Source: Candidatus Kaiserbacteria bacterium
GTDB lineage: Bacteria > Patescibacteriota > Minisyncoccia > Phycocordibacterales > UBA2100
Length of the DNA stretch: 64,000 bases
Reading direction: 5' to 3'
Assembly (NCBI GenBank): GCA_016186765.1
Contig: JACPLD010000002.1
Span: forward strand, 110,386-174,385
Under the pieces are notes generated by a model. It was not told where the DNA came from and did not search any database. It was given only the letters and a program-made list of their open reading frames with translations. The position numbers were made by a program, and so were the translations under genes. Below, in pieces: positions 1 through 9,764 of this stretch (within the stretch, counting starts at the first letter, position 1; every line of letters starts with the position of its first letter).

Positions 1-6
1 CGAACC

Positions 7-702
7 TTGAAGTTGAAAACTCAAAACTATTACATGATCGCACTCCGCGCTTTTCTAAAGTATCTGCGCAAAATAAACGTCGAATCGCTCCAGCCGGAGC
101 GCATCGAGCTCGCGAAAGTCGGCGCGCGTGATTTGGATCTCATCACTGTCGAAGAGTTGAACCGGCTCATGAAAGGGCCAGCGGGAGATTCGCTAACGGC
201 TCTGCGCGACCGGGCGATGCTGGAGCTTTTGTTTTCCACGGGTCTTCGTGTTTCGGAACTCTGTTCCCTCGATTCTGACATCGATCTTTCACGCGACGGG
301 TTCTCGATCCGCGGGAAGGGCGACAAGGTGCGTGTCGTCTTCCTCTCACCCCCTGCAAAAAAAGCTATCGGTGAATACTTGAAGAAACGTGGTGATATGG
401 GCGAAGCGCTTTTCGTCTCGTACGGTCGTGCCGGCAAGGAATCGCAGCGGCTCACCTCGCGCTCTGTCGAGCGCATCGTGAAAGCGTATGCGATCAAGGC
501 CGGCATTACGCGCAAAGTGACCCCACATGTTATTCGTCACTCATTTGCGACCGATCTTCTTGAAAATGGCGCGGACCTCCGAAGTGTGCAGGCGCTCTTG
601 GGGCATGCAAACATCGCAACAACGCAAGTCTACACGCATGTCACCGATAAACATTTACAAGAAGTGCACAAAGCATTTCATGGAAGGCGAAGGAGCCGCT
701 AG
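7..702 (+). CDS. Tyrosine site-specific recombinase, XerC/XerD family; N-terminus probably truncated by the window edge
   Basis: C-terminal catalytic domain motifs ...HVIRHSFATDLLENGADLRSVQALLGHANIATTQVYTHV. Upstream core-binding domain is only partly present. Confidence 0.8.
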   Translation: MKLKTQNYYMIALRAFLKYLRKINVESLQPERIELAKVGARDLDLITVEELNRLMKGPAGDSLTALRDRAMLELLFSTGLRVSELCSLDSDIDLSRDGFSIRGKGDKVRVVFLSPPAKKAIGEYLKKRGDMGEALFVSYGRAGKESQRLTSRSVERIVKAYAIKAGITRKVTPHVIRHSFATDLLENGADLRSVQALLGHANIATTQVYTHVTDKHLQEVHKAFHGRRRSR

Positions 703-1112
703 GAGGTTGTGCTGCGAAGGAACCCTCCCTGCTGCGGATACACGATGCGCAAAACGTGGTGCGGCTCGCGCACGACAACGGGCCGGCGCGGCTTTTCGAC
801 GCGGTATGTGTCCACCCTATCTTCTCGGACAACATTAAACGCGCGCCATTCGAGACTTCCCTTTTCCTCTGGTTTCCCAAACAAACCTGCTTCCCGCTCT
901 GCGAGGATTTCTTTTATGTGTCTCATATGCACGCGACTGCTTAATAAATTCGCACACGTGAAGACGTTGCGCTCCGCCTTCCGTTACATCGTATGCCCCC
1001 AGTCTGATGATTTGATGAACCCCGTTAGAGAACGCCCCGCCGAAGGCGCGGCTTCAGCCGGTTAGGGCGGCTTTTCTCTAACGGGGTGAACGGCCGTGCT
1101 ATCGTATCGGAG

Positions 1113-1910
1113 ATGAAACTTATTTCTTGGAATGTCAATGGCATCCGAAGCATCCACAAGAAAGGTGCGCTCGTGCCGTTTCTCGAGAAAATGAAACCTG
1201 ATATCGCGTGCTTTCAGGAGACAAAGGCAGAGGAGCACCAATCGGAGGTTGATTTGCCCGACTACGAGGAATATTGGAATTCCTCAAAGGGGCGCAGGGG
1301 CTATGCAGGAACCGCGATATTCACAAAAAATAAGCCTTTGAGCCTTATTTTTGGTTTTCCAGAGGAGATTCTCGGGAAATATGAGCTTAAAGATGGCTAT
1401 GGCGACCCCAATGAGGAGGGACGTCTCATTACCGCAGAATTCGAAGATTTCTTTATCGCGAATGCTTACACGCCGAATGCTAAGCCTGATCTTTCCCGCC
1501 TCACACTGCGTCATACGCACTGGGATCCAGCATTTCTGGCTTTTCTTACGCATCTTGAGAAGAGAAAACCCGTTGTTTTTTGCGGAGATCTCAATGTCGC
1601 GCATACGCCGGAAGACCTTGCGAATCCAAAGGCGAACGAGGGAGAGCATGGGTTCACGAGAGAGGAGCGCGAAGGCATGGATCGCATTGTTGCCGCAGGG
1701 TTCGTCGATACGTTCCGTCTTTTTGCAGAGGGTAACGGACACTACACCTGGTGGAGTCATTTCTCGAATGCTCGCGCCCGAAACGTTGGCTGGAGAATAG
1801 ATTATTTTTTCGTGAGCAGGGAGCTTGTTTCGAGCGTACGTTCAGCCAAAATCCATCCTGATGTCTTTGGCTCCGATCACTGCCCAGTGTCCCTGGAGGT
1901 CAGTTTTTAA
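1113..1910 (+). CDS. xth: Exodeoxyribonuclease III (AP endonuclease)
   Basis: MKLISWNVNGIRS ... QETK ... SDHCP motifs of the ExoIII/APE1 family. ORF track 1086..1910; internal ATG at 1113 is preferred. Confidence 0.85.
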   Translation: MKLISWNVNGIRSIHKKGALVPFLEKMKPDIACFQETKAEEHQSEVDLPDYEEYWNSSKGRRGYAGTAIFTKNKPLSLIFGFPEEILGKYELKDGYGDPNEEGRLITAEFEDFFIANAYTPNAKPDLSRLTLRHTHWDPAFLAFLTHLEKRKPVVFCGDLNVAHTPEDLANPKANEGEHGFTREEREGMDRIVAAGFVDTFRLFAEGNGHYTWWSHFSNARARNVGWRIDYFFVSRELVSSVRSAKIHPDVFGSDHCPVSLEVSF

Positions 1911-2329
1911 GGCATATCTTATAGGACACCGGGAGGCGACAGGCTATCCACAGGCCGTCCTTTACAGCGTCCTTTAGCAATGTATCGTAATGGACAGGGA
2001 TCAGGACACGCTCCTGTATCCTATAAAGTTTTGCGTAAAAAATGTTCTTTCGTCTTGCGTTCAACCGCGGGGACTTCGTTCTTGCGATCAGAAACAGCAA
2101 GAGGGCTTCATGCCCAGGGGCCTACAGGTACACTCCACAACAAAGGTGACGCATAGCGTCCCAAACATTAGGAAAAAGTACCATCGTTCGACCCCTGAAA
2201 CCAACGCAAAACAGAAAGGCCGTCTCCAGGCTAGGGCACAGATCCCCAAAGAGAGCGATCCGTGTCCTTTAACTGGTGGCGGCCTTTTACTTTCTACGCA
2301 TTTTCCACGGTTAGGTGTGCCTTTTCGGA

Positions 2330-3826
2330 TTATTGAACGTGGTGTTTCTTTCTTAATTCCTGTATTTCTGCTTCTTCTTCGCCCTCTTTTCGTTCCTTGC
2401 CAGCTTCGCCGAGCGATTTGAGTTCCCTTTCGGAAAGCTTTGAGAGTTCTCTCGCACGTAATACGAGATACTCGTTCGTATTCTTCTTCGGGTCGTCCAA
2501 AACTTCTTCGAGTAGCGCATGTAAGATCCAGCCGATGCGGGGACCCGGCGCTTCCCCGAGCTCGATAATGTTTGTACCGTCGATCTCGAGCATCGAGACC
2601 GAAATCGGATCTCGCAGCGCCTCGTCAACCATCGACATGTACTTACGGAGACGGAACGGCTGCTCTTTTGGGCGGCCGGTACCGATACGGTCGCAAATGC
2701 GCAATGAGAGGAGGTCTTTGATGCGGTGTTGTCCGACGTTTCTGATCGTGCGGCGCACTGCAGAAAGTGTCACCTTATCGGGATCGGAGAAGAACATGTG
2801 CCATCGGATGAGCGCAACGATCGTCTCTGCGGTGTCGCTCGACATGCGGAGATCTGAAAGAATTTTTCTTGCCATCTTTGCACCCACGACTTCGTGTCCG
2901 TGGAACGTCCAGTCTGATTTTTCCTCCGACCAGCGTCTCGTCGCAGGCTTGCCGATGTCGTGGAGAAGCGCTGCGAGCCGCACCTGAACGGGCCAGCTTT
3001 TGTCGGCCGCATGCTGCAGCGCGCGAAGCGAATGCTCAAACACGTCGTATGCATGCGCCTGATTTTGCGCGACACCGATTCCCTCCTCGAGTTCCGGGAT
3101 GATGTGTACGAGGAGGCCGAGCTTTTGCGCGACAAAGAGGGCCTGCATAGGCCGAGCACTCTCGAGGATCCGGATAAACTCATCGCGCACGCGCTCGCGC
3201 GATATATGCGCAAGGAGCGGCGCATCGTTCGCTATTGCTCCGGCGGTCTTCGCTTCGATCGTGAAATCGAGCTCGGAGAGGAGCCGCACGGCGCGTAACA
3301 TCCGGAGCGCGTCTTCTTTGAATCGCTCATCGGGGTTGCCAACCGCGGCAATAGAGCGGCGTGCGATGTCTTCCCTTCCGCCGTGCTCATCCACGACTAC
3401 ATCGCGTGCTGGATCGTACGCGAGCGCATTTACCGTAAAATCGCGGCGCTTGAGGTCGTCAGAAAGCGTTTTTGCCCAGCGAATTTCGTCGGGATGGCGC
3501 ACGTTTGAATACTTCCCTTCCTCGCGATATGGCGTGATCTCGACGACCTTGAGACGCGGGTCTTCGGAGCTTGTGACGACGCCGACAGTACCGAATTTAT
3601 TTTCGTAGAACGTGTCCGCGAAAAGCTCTTGGATCTCTTCAGGCGTGGCGTTTGTTGTGATGTCCCAATCCTTCGGCTCGCGCTTGAGAAGGAGATCGCG
3701 AACGCACCCACCCACTAGGTATGCCTCGAAGCCAGCATTTCGCAGCGCTTCGCAAAGCGCTCCAACCGGCCGCGGCACCGGAAGTTTTATTGGCTCCATC
3801 TTTGTCATTGTATCGTGAGTGTGCAT
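2330..3826 (-). CDS. cca: CCA-adding tRNA nucleotidyltransferase with HD domain
   Basis: PolyA-polymerase head domain (LVGGCVRDLLL) plus HD motif (LLHDIGK). An alternative start MTKMEPIK at 3808 is possible. Confidence 0.75.
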   Translation of the reverse strand: MHTHDTMTKMEPIKLPVPRPVGALCEALRNAGFEAYLVGGCVRDLLLKREPKDWDITTNATPEEIQELFADTFYENKFGTVGVVTSSEDPRLKVVEITPYREEGKYSNVRHPDEIRWAKTLSDDLKRRDFTVNALAYDPARDVVVDEHGGREDIARRSIAAVGNPDERFKEDALRMLRAVRLLSELDFTIEAKTAGAIANDAPLLAHISRERVRDEFIRILESARPMQALFVAQKLGLLVHIIPELEEGIGVAQNQAHAYDVFEHSLRALQHAADKSWPVQVRLAALLHDIGKPATRRWSEEKSDWTFHGHEVVGAKMARKILSDLRMSSDTAETIVALIRWHMFFSDPDKVTLSAVRRTIRNVGQHRIKDLLSLRICDRIGTGRPKEQPFRLRKYMSMVDEALRDPISVSMLEIDGTNIIELGEAPGPRIGWILHALLEEVLDDPKKNTNEYLVLRARELSKLSERELKSLGEAGKERKEGEEEAEIQELRKKHHVQ

Positions 3827-3833
3827 CTCTTTT

Positions 3834-3906
3834 GCGCTCCCGCCAGGATTCGAACCTGGAACAGCGCTTCCGAAGAGCGCCGTGATATCCGTTTCACCAC
3901 GGGAGC
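3834..3906 (-). tRNA. tRNA-Arg (anticodon TCG)
   Basis: Reverse complement folds as a cloverleaf: acceptor GCTCCCG/CGGGAGC, T-arm CCAGG-TTCGAAT-CCTGG, anticodon loop CTTCGGA. Confidence 0.8.
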
Positions 3907-3936
3907 GTATGCCAAGTCTAACTCACTTTGATTTGT

Positions 3937-4006
3937 GCGGATACGGGGAATCGAACCCCGATCTCTACCTTGGCAAGGTAGCGTTCTACCACTAAACCAT
4001 ATCCGC
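3937..4006 (-). tRNA. tRNA-Gly (anticodon GCC)
   Basis: Reverse complement GCGGATATGGTTTAGTGGTAG...: anticodon stem-loop CTACC-TTGCCAA-GGTAG, T-arm GGGGTTCGATTCCCC. Confidence 0.85.
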
Positions 4007-4099
4007 CTTCGCCTCTAGCTCGGCTAGGACAGAAGTCCGTCAACACGAGCAAAAAGAAGCGGGTTGCGTGATTATACCTAAGGCTCGAATCGGAGCAAT

Positions 4100-5107
4100 T
4101 TATTTCTTTGCTCCCGGCGGCAAGTTGATGACGGTTTGCGCACCAGTTGTGCTTTTCGTACCGCGCTCCCAGAACGCGATCGCAAGACCAGCGAGTGCGA
4201 TGATGGTCGCAATGACCGGTACCCAAGGAGAAGTTCTGCAACTTTCAGCGAAGTACCAAAGTCCGAAGAGGAGTAGGAATGGCACCACGATAGCAGCTGC
4301 TGTCCACTCCTGTGTTCGCATGGCGGGAGGCATCTGTGACTGTCCGAAGACTGCGAATGCAACGATGGCGGCGAATAGTAGAAGGAGAATGAACCAGAGC
4401 CGATTCGCGCCCGCGCCGGCACAGATGTCCTTTAGGATATTCTGCGTTGTTGCGAACACTGAACTCGTCGCCGTGGTTGTACCTTTTGCCACGACAGTGC
4501 CGGTCGCGGGTTTGCTTACGGGAGATGGTGCCGGCGCGAGCGGAGGTTTCGGTTTAGGGGCGGTCGTGCTTACCGGAGGCCTGACCGGTGTGGGGGCTGG
4601 AACAGGGCTGGGAGGGGGGGCCGTGAGCGAGAGTTCTCCACTTGGTGTCACGTTCGTAGCTATGGTCGTGATACAGACGGGTTGATCGCTTCCCTTGGCA
4701 GAAAGCATGGTCACAAAGATCGGAAGGCCTCTCCCTATGGGGGTCGAGGGAAGATCGGCGTGGATGCGCACGGCACCTGCCGGCGCCCCCATCCGCGTCA
4801 TTTGATTAAAGGGAATGTTCACACTACCCACCGTAGCCGCGATAGCGACGTATGCGCTATCCCCTACCGTGAGCTCAAATGAATGGAGGGCCCCATTGTA
4901 TATATAAGGCGTGAATCCGGTAACACTCGCCGGCGCACAGGTATTGCTGCCGGGTGGAAGGAGCTGGGCTGTTTGGACGGCGACCTCGGCCGATGCAAAT
5001 GAGGGCACAATAATGATAAAGGAAACAAGGAGCGCGAAGACCGATACCGCAAGTACGTATCGAGTCCGTGTAATGGTACTCATGTCGGTTACGCTAGTAC
5101 GGTGCAC
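4100..5107 (-). CDS. Hypothetical surface/membrane protein with a Pro-rich linker
   Basis: N-terminal signal/anchor, Pro/Ala/Thr-rich low-complexity linker, C-terminal multi-TM segment. No recognisable enzymatic motif. Confidence 0.5.
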   Translation of the reverse strand: MHRTSVTDMSTITRTRYVLAVSVFALLVSFIIIVPSFASAEVAVQTAQLLPPGSNTCAPASVTGFTPYIYNGALHSFELTVGDSAYVAIAATVGSVNIPFNQMTRMGAPAGAVRIHADLPSTPIGRGLPIFVTMLSAKGSDQPVCITTIATNVTPSGELSLTAPPPSPVPAPTPVRPPVSTTAPKPKPPLAPAPSPVSKPATGTVVAKGTTTATSSVFATTQNILKDICAGAGANRLWFILLLLFAAIVAFAVFGQSQMPPAMRTQEWTAAAIVVPFLLLFGLWYFAESCRTSPWVPVIATIIALAGLAIAFWERGTKSTTGAQTVINLPPGAKK

Positions 5108-5140
5108 TTATTTCCGTCAAGCAAAAATCGTGTTGCAGTA

Positions 5141-5169
5141 TTGACATGTCCTTCAAGTTGTTTCATAAA
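5141..5169 (+). promoter_or_regulatory. Sigma70-like promoter candidate (TTGACA-N17-CATAAA) inside an 8-bp inverted repeat ATGTCCTT/AAGGACAT
   Basis: Read directly from sequence. Sits at the head of the 456-bp GC-rich structured intergenic region upstream of yraN. Confidence 0.35.
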
Positions 5170-5563
5170 GGACATTCAAACGGACTAATTCTTCGAAAAG
5201 CGGAGTTCGATAGGAGGAAAAAACCTAAGATTTACGGTCTCTTTTTAGCAGATGTGGAAAAGTCTGTGGATATGGGGATAAAGGACATAGGGCAGTCCTG
5301 TCCGTTTACTGGCGACGTAGGGCGAGGGAGATGGGAAAACCGCAGTTTTCGCATCTCCGAGCCGAGGAGCCAGAAACCGGTGCAAACGCCCTGCGCTTGT
5401 GCGCAGGGGCGTCCTTCGAGACCGTGGGTTCAACGCCCTGCGGTCTCGAAAGGGCCGGTTTACGGATGCATAGCCTCAAAGCCCTGGACGCGAACCTATG
5501 CCAAACTGTGCCTTAGTTACATATCTAGCTAAGTAACATGTTTGTGAGCTATTTTCACGTGAA

Positions 5564-5998
5564 ATGTCCAGCTTGCGGCTCGTGTATAATGCCTTTTTTA
5601 TGTTGCCTGATGATATTCGAAAGGGTGTCGGAAGGGGAGGAGAGGATATTGCGTGCCAATTCCTAATCCGTAAGGGATACTGGATTATTGGCAGAAACTA
5701 TCGAAAGAAGTGGGGAGAGATAGATATCGTTGCCGAAAAAGACGAGACCGTGCGCTTTATCGAGGTCAAGGCTGTCTCGGTCCGCGGGGGAGACTTTTCA
5801 CGTGAAATGCAGCGACTACCTGAAGAGCTTGTCCATAGGAGGAAACTAAGAAAGATAGCACGCACCGCAGCCCTCTATATGGAGGAGAAAAAGGATGCAA
5901 GGGAATACCAGATCGACGTAGTCGGCATAGTCATGAATCAGACAAGCCGAGTCGCGAGGTGTCGCCTCTTTGAGCAGGCTCTTGGTGAGGACTTGTAA
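5564..5998 (+). CDS. yraN: YraN/UPF0102 family endonuclease
   Basis: IACQFLIRKGYWIIGRNYRKKWGEIDIVAEKDETVRFIEVK matches the UPF0102 restriction-endonuclease-like fold family. Confidence 0.75.
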   Translation: MSSLRLVYNAFFMLPDDIRKGVGRGGEDIACQFLIRKGYWIIGRNYRKKWGEIDIVAEKDETVRFIEVKAVSVRGGDFSREMQRLPEELVHRRKLRKIARTAALYMEEKKDAREYQIDVVGIVMNQTSRVARCRLFEQALGEDL

Positions 5999-6069
5999 AC
6001 TTGGACATAAAGGACACACTGGCCCATTGATGTCTTTTATGTTTTATGTCCTATCTTTACCTTCACTTT

Positions 6070-6140
6070 TCGGGCTGCTGGGAATCGAACCCAGTCAACA
6101 TCCTCCCAAAGGATGCGTACTACCGGTATACGACAGCCCG
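6070..6140 (-). tRNA. tRNA-Pro (anticodon TGG)
   Basis: Reverse complement CGGGCTGTCGTATACCGGTAGTACGCATCCTTTGGGAGGATG...CTGGGTTCGATTCCCAGCAGCCCGA: anticodon loop TTTGGGA. Confidence 0.8.
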
Positions 6141-6159
6141 GCACCGGAATGCTAGCACA

Positions 6160-7341
6160 TTATCGGTTGTACCGTTTTTCGATCTCGGCAATAAGGAGCT
6201 CAACGAGGGTATTTTCATGCGTATTTTTGAAGCGCTCTGCGAGGGTTATCGTGTCTTCTCCGAGGAACTGGACTATACCTGCTCCTGACTGCGTGCGCAT
6301 GTCGCCGTCGATGTAGCTAAGTGTAAGCGCCCGCATCTCTCGCTCGGCAGTCGTTGAGCCTTCGCTTGTTGTCGTTATGATGCCGATGAGAAAGCCCCAT
6401 GCGTTCACGACGGCTCCACCCGAGGAGCCACTCTGCGCCTCCTGTACGCCAGCAAGCGAGAGAAGGTCGACACTGTTCTCAAATGTGAGGAGGCCTTTGA
6501 CAGAAGTAATAGAAGACGCTGGGTACAGGTTGAAGGCCGTAGCACGGGCACTGACAAATTCCGACGGGTAACTTGCCGCTAAAACCGAATCACCGGGGAA
6601 GCCGATCGCCTCACGCGTATCGATCGGAAGTGAGGGGAACGCACTCGGGAGCGTCGTGCGAGAGTCGGGCAGTTTTGTGATGCGCAGCAGCGCGTAATCG
6701 TGTTCTCCGGTCCCGAGAGGACTCTCTTCGGTAATCTCTGCAGCATGCTTCTCGATCCAGATGGGTGGGATGTAGAGCACATCGACGCTGCCGATTATCT
6801 GCGCCGGCGCACTGGCGCGAACCACGCACGAGAGATTGGTGCGCTCGCTTTGCGAAAGCAGCACGTACTGCGCCACGTGCGCGTTGGTAAGAATCACGCC
6901 GCGCGAATCGATGATGACGCCACTGCCGGAGGTTGCATGCAATCCGGCGTCTTCTGGAACGCAGAGAATATTGACGAGCGCGAGGCGAGTGTTCTCGTTG
7001 ATGGTGAGGAACGATTGCGGAGGAGTGGGGTAGGGGTTTTGTATTCGGATAACGGAGGAAACCGATGCGTCGGGAGTGGGAGAGGAAAGCGGAGCAACCG
7101 GCTCCTCACTCACCTTCGGGGTTTCCGGTGGGGGAGGGGGCGCTGGCGCTTGCTCGATCTCGGAGCGAGAGGCGTCTTCTTGCTGCGGCTCGTAGGTAGC
7201 GGCAATGTTCGCGACCTGCGAAGCCTCGGGCCTCTCTTGCGAAGGAGCGCCCTGCGGCTGCTCTGCGAGCAGCACGAGCACTGCCACGATGATGGCGAGT
7301 GCGCCGATGAGCAGGATGCGTGAAGATGAGGGAGCAGACAT
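6160..7341 (-). CDS. Membrane-anchored trypsin-like serine protease (S1/HtrA-like, no PDZ seen)
   Basis: N-terminal TM, Pro-rich linker, then GSGVIIDSRGVILTNAHV (His) and GSSGGAVVN (Ser) catalytic motifs. Confidence 0.75.
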   Translation of the reverse strand: MSAPSSSRILLIGALAIIVAVLVLLAEQPQGAPSQERPEASQVANIAATYEPQQEDASRSEIEQAPAPPPPPETPKVSEEPVAPLSSPTPDASVSSVIRIQNPYPTPPQSFLTINENTRLALVNILCVPEDAGLHATSGSGVIIDSRGVILTNAHVAQYVLLSQSERTNLSCVVRASAPAQIIGSVDVLYIPPIWIEKHAAEITEESPLGTGEHDYALLRITKLPDSRTTLPSAFPSLPIDTREAIGFPGDSVLAASYPSEFVSARATAFNLYPASSITSVKGLLTFENSVDLLSLAGVQEAQSGSSGGAVVNAWGFLIGIITTTSEGSTTAEREMRALTLSYIDGDMRTQSGAGIVQFLGEDTITLAERFKNTHENTLVELLIAEIEKRYNR

Positions 7342-7418
7342 GCGATTCGAATATACGCATTATCGTCGCTTCCTTCAAGTTTTTTGATGAGGCTTGTTCG
7401 ATGTATGATGCCAAAATT

Positions 7419-7489
7419 GCGGGATTAGTTTAGTGGCAGAACGTCTGCCTTCCAAGCAGAGGGCGCCGGTCCGATTCCGGCATCCCGCA
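7419..7489 (+). tRNA. tRNA-Gly (anticodon TCC)
   Basis: GCGGGAT...TCTGC-CTTCCAA-GCAGA...GGTCCGATTCCGGCATCCCGCA: cloverleaf with anticodon UCC. Confidence 0.8.
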
Positions 7490-7545
7490 CAAATGCAACG
7501 ACCCGCCGGGAGGCGGATCGTTGTCTCCAGGAACGAGAATGGCTT

Positions 7546-7821
7546 CTACTTGAGTGCGTCCTTTAGTGTCTTTGAAGCGCGGAATTTCGGGACCTTCATT
7601 GCTTTTATCTGGATCGTCGCTCCCGTGCGAGGGTTTCTGCCCATGCGCCCGGCGCGTGTCTTTGCCTCGAAGATGCCAAGGCCCGCAATCGAGACCTCCT
7701 CGCCCCTCTTGAGGCAGTCCGTGATCATGCCAATGACCGCCTCAACGGCGCGTTCGCCGTCGGCTTTCGTGCAGCCGATCGTTGCCGCTACCTTTTCGAC
7801 CAAGTTCATTTTGTTTGCCAT
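7546..7821 (-). CDS. hup: HU family DNA-binding protein
   Basis: 91 aa, MNKxxLVEKVA...GLGIFEAKTRAGRMGRNPRTG...KVPKF: canonical HU/IHF signature. Confidence 0.85.
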   Translation of the reverse strand: MANKMNLVEKVAATIGCTKADGERAVEAVIGMITDCLKRGEEVSIAGLGIFEAKTRAGRMGRNPRTGATIQIKAMKVPKFRASKTLKDALK

Positions 7822-7986
7822 AGGTTTGAAAAAGTTATTAAAAATATGCGCGTTTTCGACCTCGCGACCATTTTGAGCCGTATTTTAGGCATGTCAACCT
7901 AGCTCTCTATTTGAGATGAATCTTGCCAGCGCGTCAAAAATGGCTTGAAATAAAAGCTTCTTTGGCGCGCTGTCTTCCGCTTGGGA

Positions 7987-9516
7987 TTATCTCGCGTACT
8001 CGATGACGCGGGTTTCGCGAATGACAGACACTTTGATCTCTCCGGGATACTGGAGTTCCTTTTCTACGCGGTCAGCGATGTCGCGGGCGAGTTTGCGGGC
8101 ATCGAGATCGGTGATTTCTTCGGGCTTCACGATGACACGGATCTCGCGGCCAGCGGAAATCGCGTAGCTCTTCTCAACACCTGCTTGCTGGTTGGCGATG
8201 GCCTCGAGTTCCTCGAGACGCTTGATGTAGTTCTCAATGGAGTCGCGGCGAGCGCCAGGGCGGCCGCCAGAGATCGCGTCGGCAACCTGTACGATCATAC
8301 TCTCCGGTGTTTCGTACGGGTATTCTTCGTGGTGCGCTTGCATTGCTTTCACCACCGCTTCGTCCACGCCAAACTTTTGCAGGATGCGCCGTCCAATCTC
8401 GACGTGCGTCCCCGGCACTTCGTGGTCGACTGCCTTACCGATGTCGTGGAAGAGCGCTCCCGCGCGGGCGACTGCTTCGTTTGCGCCAAGCTCTGCTGCA
8501 AGCATTCCGGCGAGATGGGCAACCTCGACCGAGTGGTCCAAGACGTTTTGGCCGTAGCTCGTGCGGAAGTACAGGCGCCCGAGAATCATCAGGAGCTTTG
8601 GATCAAGGTTTTGCACTTTCGCGTTGTATGCCGCTTCGGCACCCTTCTTTTTGATGATGGTATTGATTTCCTCCTCCGCTTTTTTCACCATCTCTTCGAT
8701 CTTCGCGGGCTGTATCCGGCCGTCGAGGATGAGGTTTTCCAAAGCGATTCGCGCCACTTGCCTCCTGATGGGATCGAAGGATGAAAGGGTGATAGTGCCC
8801 GGCGTGTCGTCGATGATGACGTCGACGCCGGTTGCGCGCTCGAAGGCGCGGATGTTGCGGCCCTCTTTGCCGATGATCTTGCCCTTGATCTCGTCGGAGG
8901 GGAGCGAGATAGTTGTCGCGAGCACGTCGGAGACGACGGAGTTGCCGAGCCGGTGGACGGCCGTCGTGAGAATTTCTTTTGCCCGCTGCTCTAGGCGCTC
9001 GTTGCCTGCGATTTCGAGCTTGTGCATGCGGCTCTCCAAGTCGGACTCGTACTGTTTTTCGACCGATTTCACCAAATCGTTCTTCGCTTCCTCGGCCGAA
9101 AGGTGAGCAACCTTCTCGAGCTTTTCCTGTTGCGCTTTAGCGAGCTCTTCGGCCTTCTCCTTTGCACTCGCAAGCTCGGTGCTTCGCTTAGTGAGTGTTT
9201 CCTGCTCGGTATCGAGCATGTTTTGACGCTTGTCGAGGAGCTCCTCCTTGCGCACGAGGCGCTCTTCGGTCGCTTTCAGCTCGTTCGCACGCTCCTTCAG
9301 CTCGGAGCCGATCTGTCCCTCCTTTTCTTTGGCGCGCGCTTCGGCCTCTTCGACGATGCGCTTTGAGCGTTCCTCTGCGTCGAGACGCATCTTGCGGATC
9401 TCCAGCTCCATCGAGCCGCGTTTTCCTAAGCTAATGATCAGTCGAAGAAAATAACCGATCCCAATACCGGCGATCCCCGCAAGCGCGAGGAGCAGGAGAA
9501 TCGTTTGTATTGACAT
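7987..9516 (-). CDS. rny: Ribonuclease Y
   Basis: N-terminal TM, long coiled coil, KH domain (GKIIGKEGRNIRAFE) and HD domain (LFHDIGKAVDHE). Confidence 0.85.
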   Translation of the reverse strand: MSIQTILLLLALAGIAGIGIGYFLRLIISLGKRGSMELEIRKMRLDAEERSKRIVEEAEARAKEKEGQIGSELKERANELKATEERLVRKEELLDKRQNMLDTEQETLTKRSTELASAKEKAEELAKAQQEKLEKVAHLSAEEAKNDLVKSVEKQYESDLESRMHKLEIAGNERLEQRAKEILTTAVHRLGNSVVSDVLATTISLPSDEIKGKIIGKEGRNIRAFERATGVDVIIDDTPGTITLSSFDPIRRQVARIALENLILDGRIQPAKIEEMVKKAEEEINTIIKKKGAEAAYNAKVQNLDPKLLMILGRLYFRTSYGQNVLDHSVEVAHLAGMLAAELGANEAVARAGALFHDIGKAVDHEVPGTHVEIGRRILQKFGVDEAVVKAMQAHHEEYPYETPESMIVQVADAISGGRPGARRDSIENYIKRLEELEAIANQQAGVEKSYAISAGREIRVIVKPEEITDLDARKLARDIADRVEKELQYPGEIKVSVIRETRVIEYAR

Positions 9517-9764
9517 ACGCGTGGATCAATCCACGCGCGAGTGACTATGTACGGACTGCGAGCACTTTTGAGTGTACGGAAATAAGCTCTGGCGTGGCGT
9601 TGCCGTTCATGGATTCATTCGCACGCGGGAAATTGAAAGACATAAATGCTAAGGTGTACGGCGAATATACCACCACGGTATGCAATAGGCAATAGACACC
9701 CGGCAGCAGAAGACTTCACTTCACGCCCCTGTTGAGCCATTGCCTTTTGCCGCGTGCCTTCTCC

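Noticed and set aside
5270-5500. Considered RNase P RNA or tmRNA identity for the structured region upstream of yraN
   Set aside because: Only short matches to RNase P conserved regions (AUAGGGCAG, CAGAAACCGG), in the wrong order and spacing, with no P4 partner strand. No tRNA-like acceptor/T-arm or tag-peptide frame for tmRNA. Kept as an unclassified structured-RNA candidate instead.
5146-5532. 128-aa ORF in the intergenic region upstream of yraN
   Set aside because: Low-complexity, Arg/Pro/Gly-rich translation; all three frames are open because of GC-rich hairpins. More consistent with structured RNA than protein.
6700-7323. 207-aa plus-strand ORF inside the serine protease gene
   Set aside because: Antisense shadow of a gene with clear catalytic motifs.
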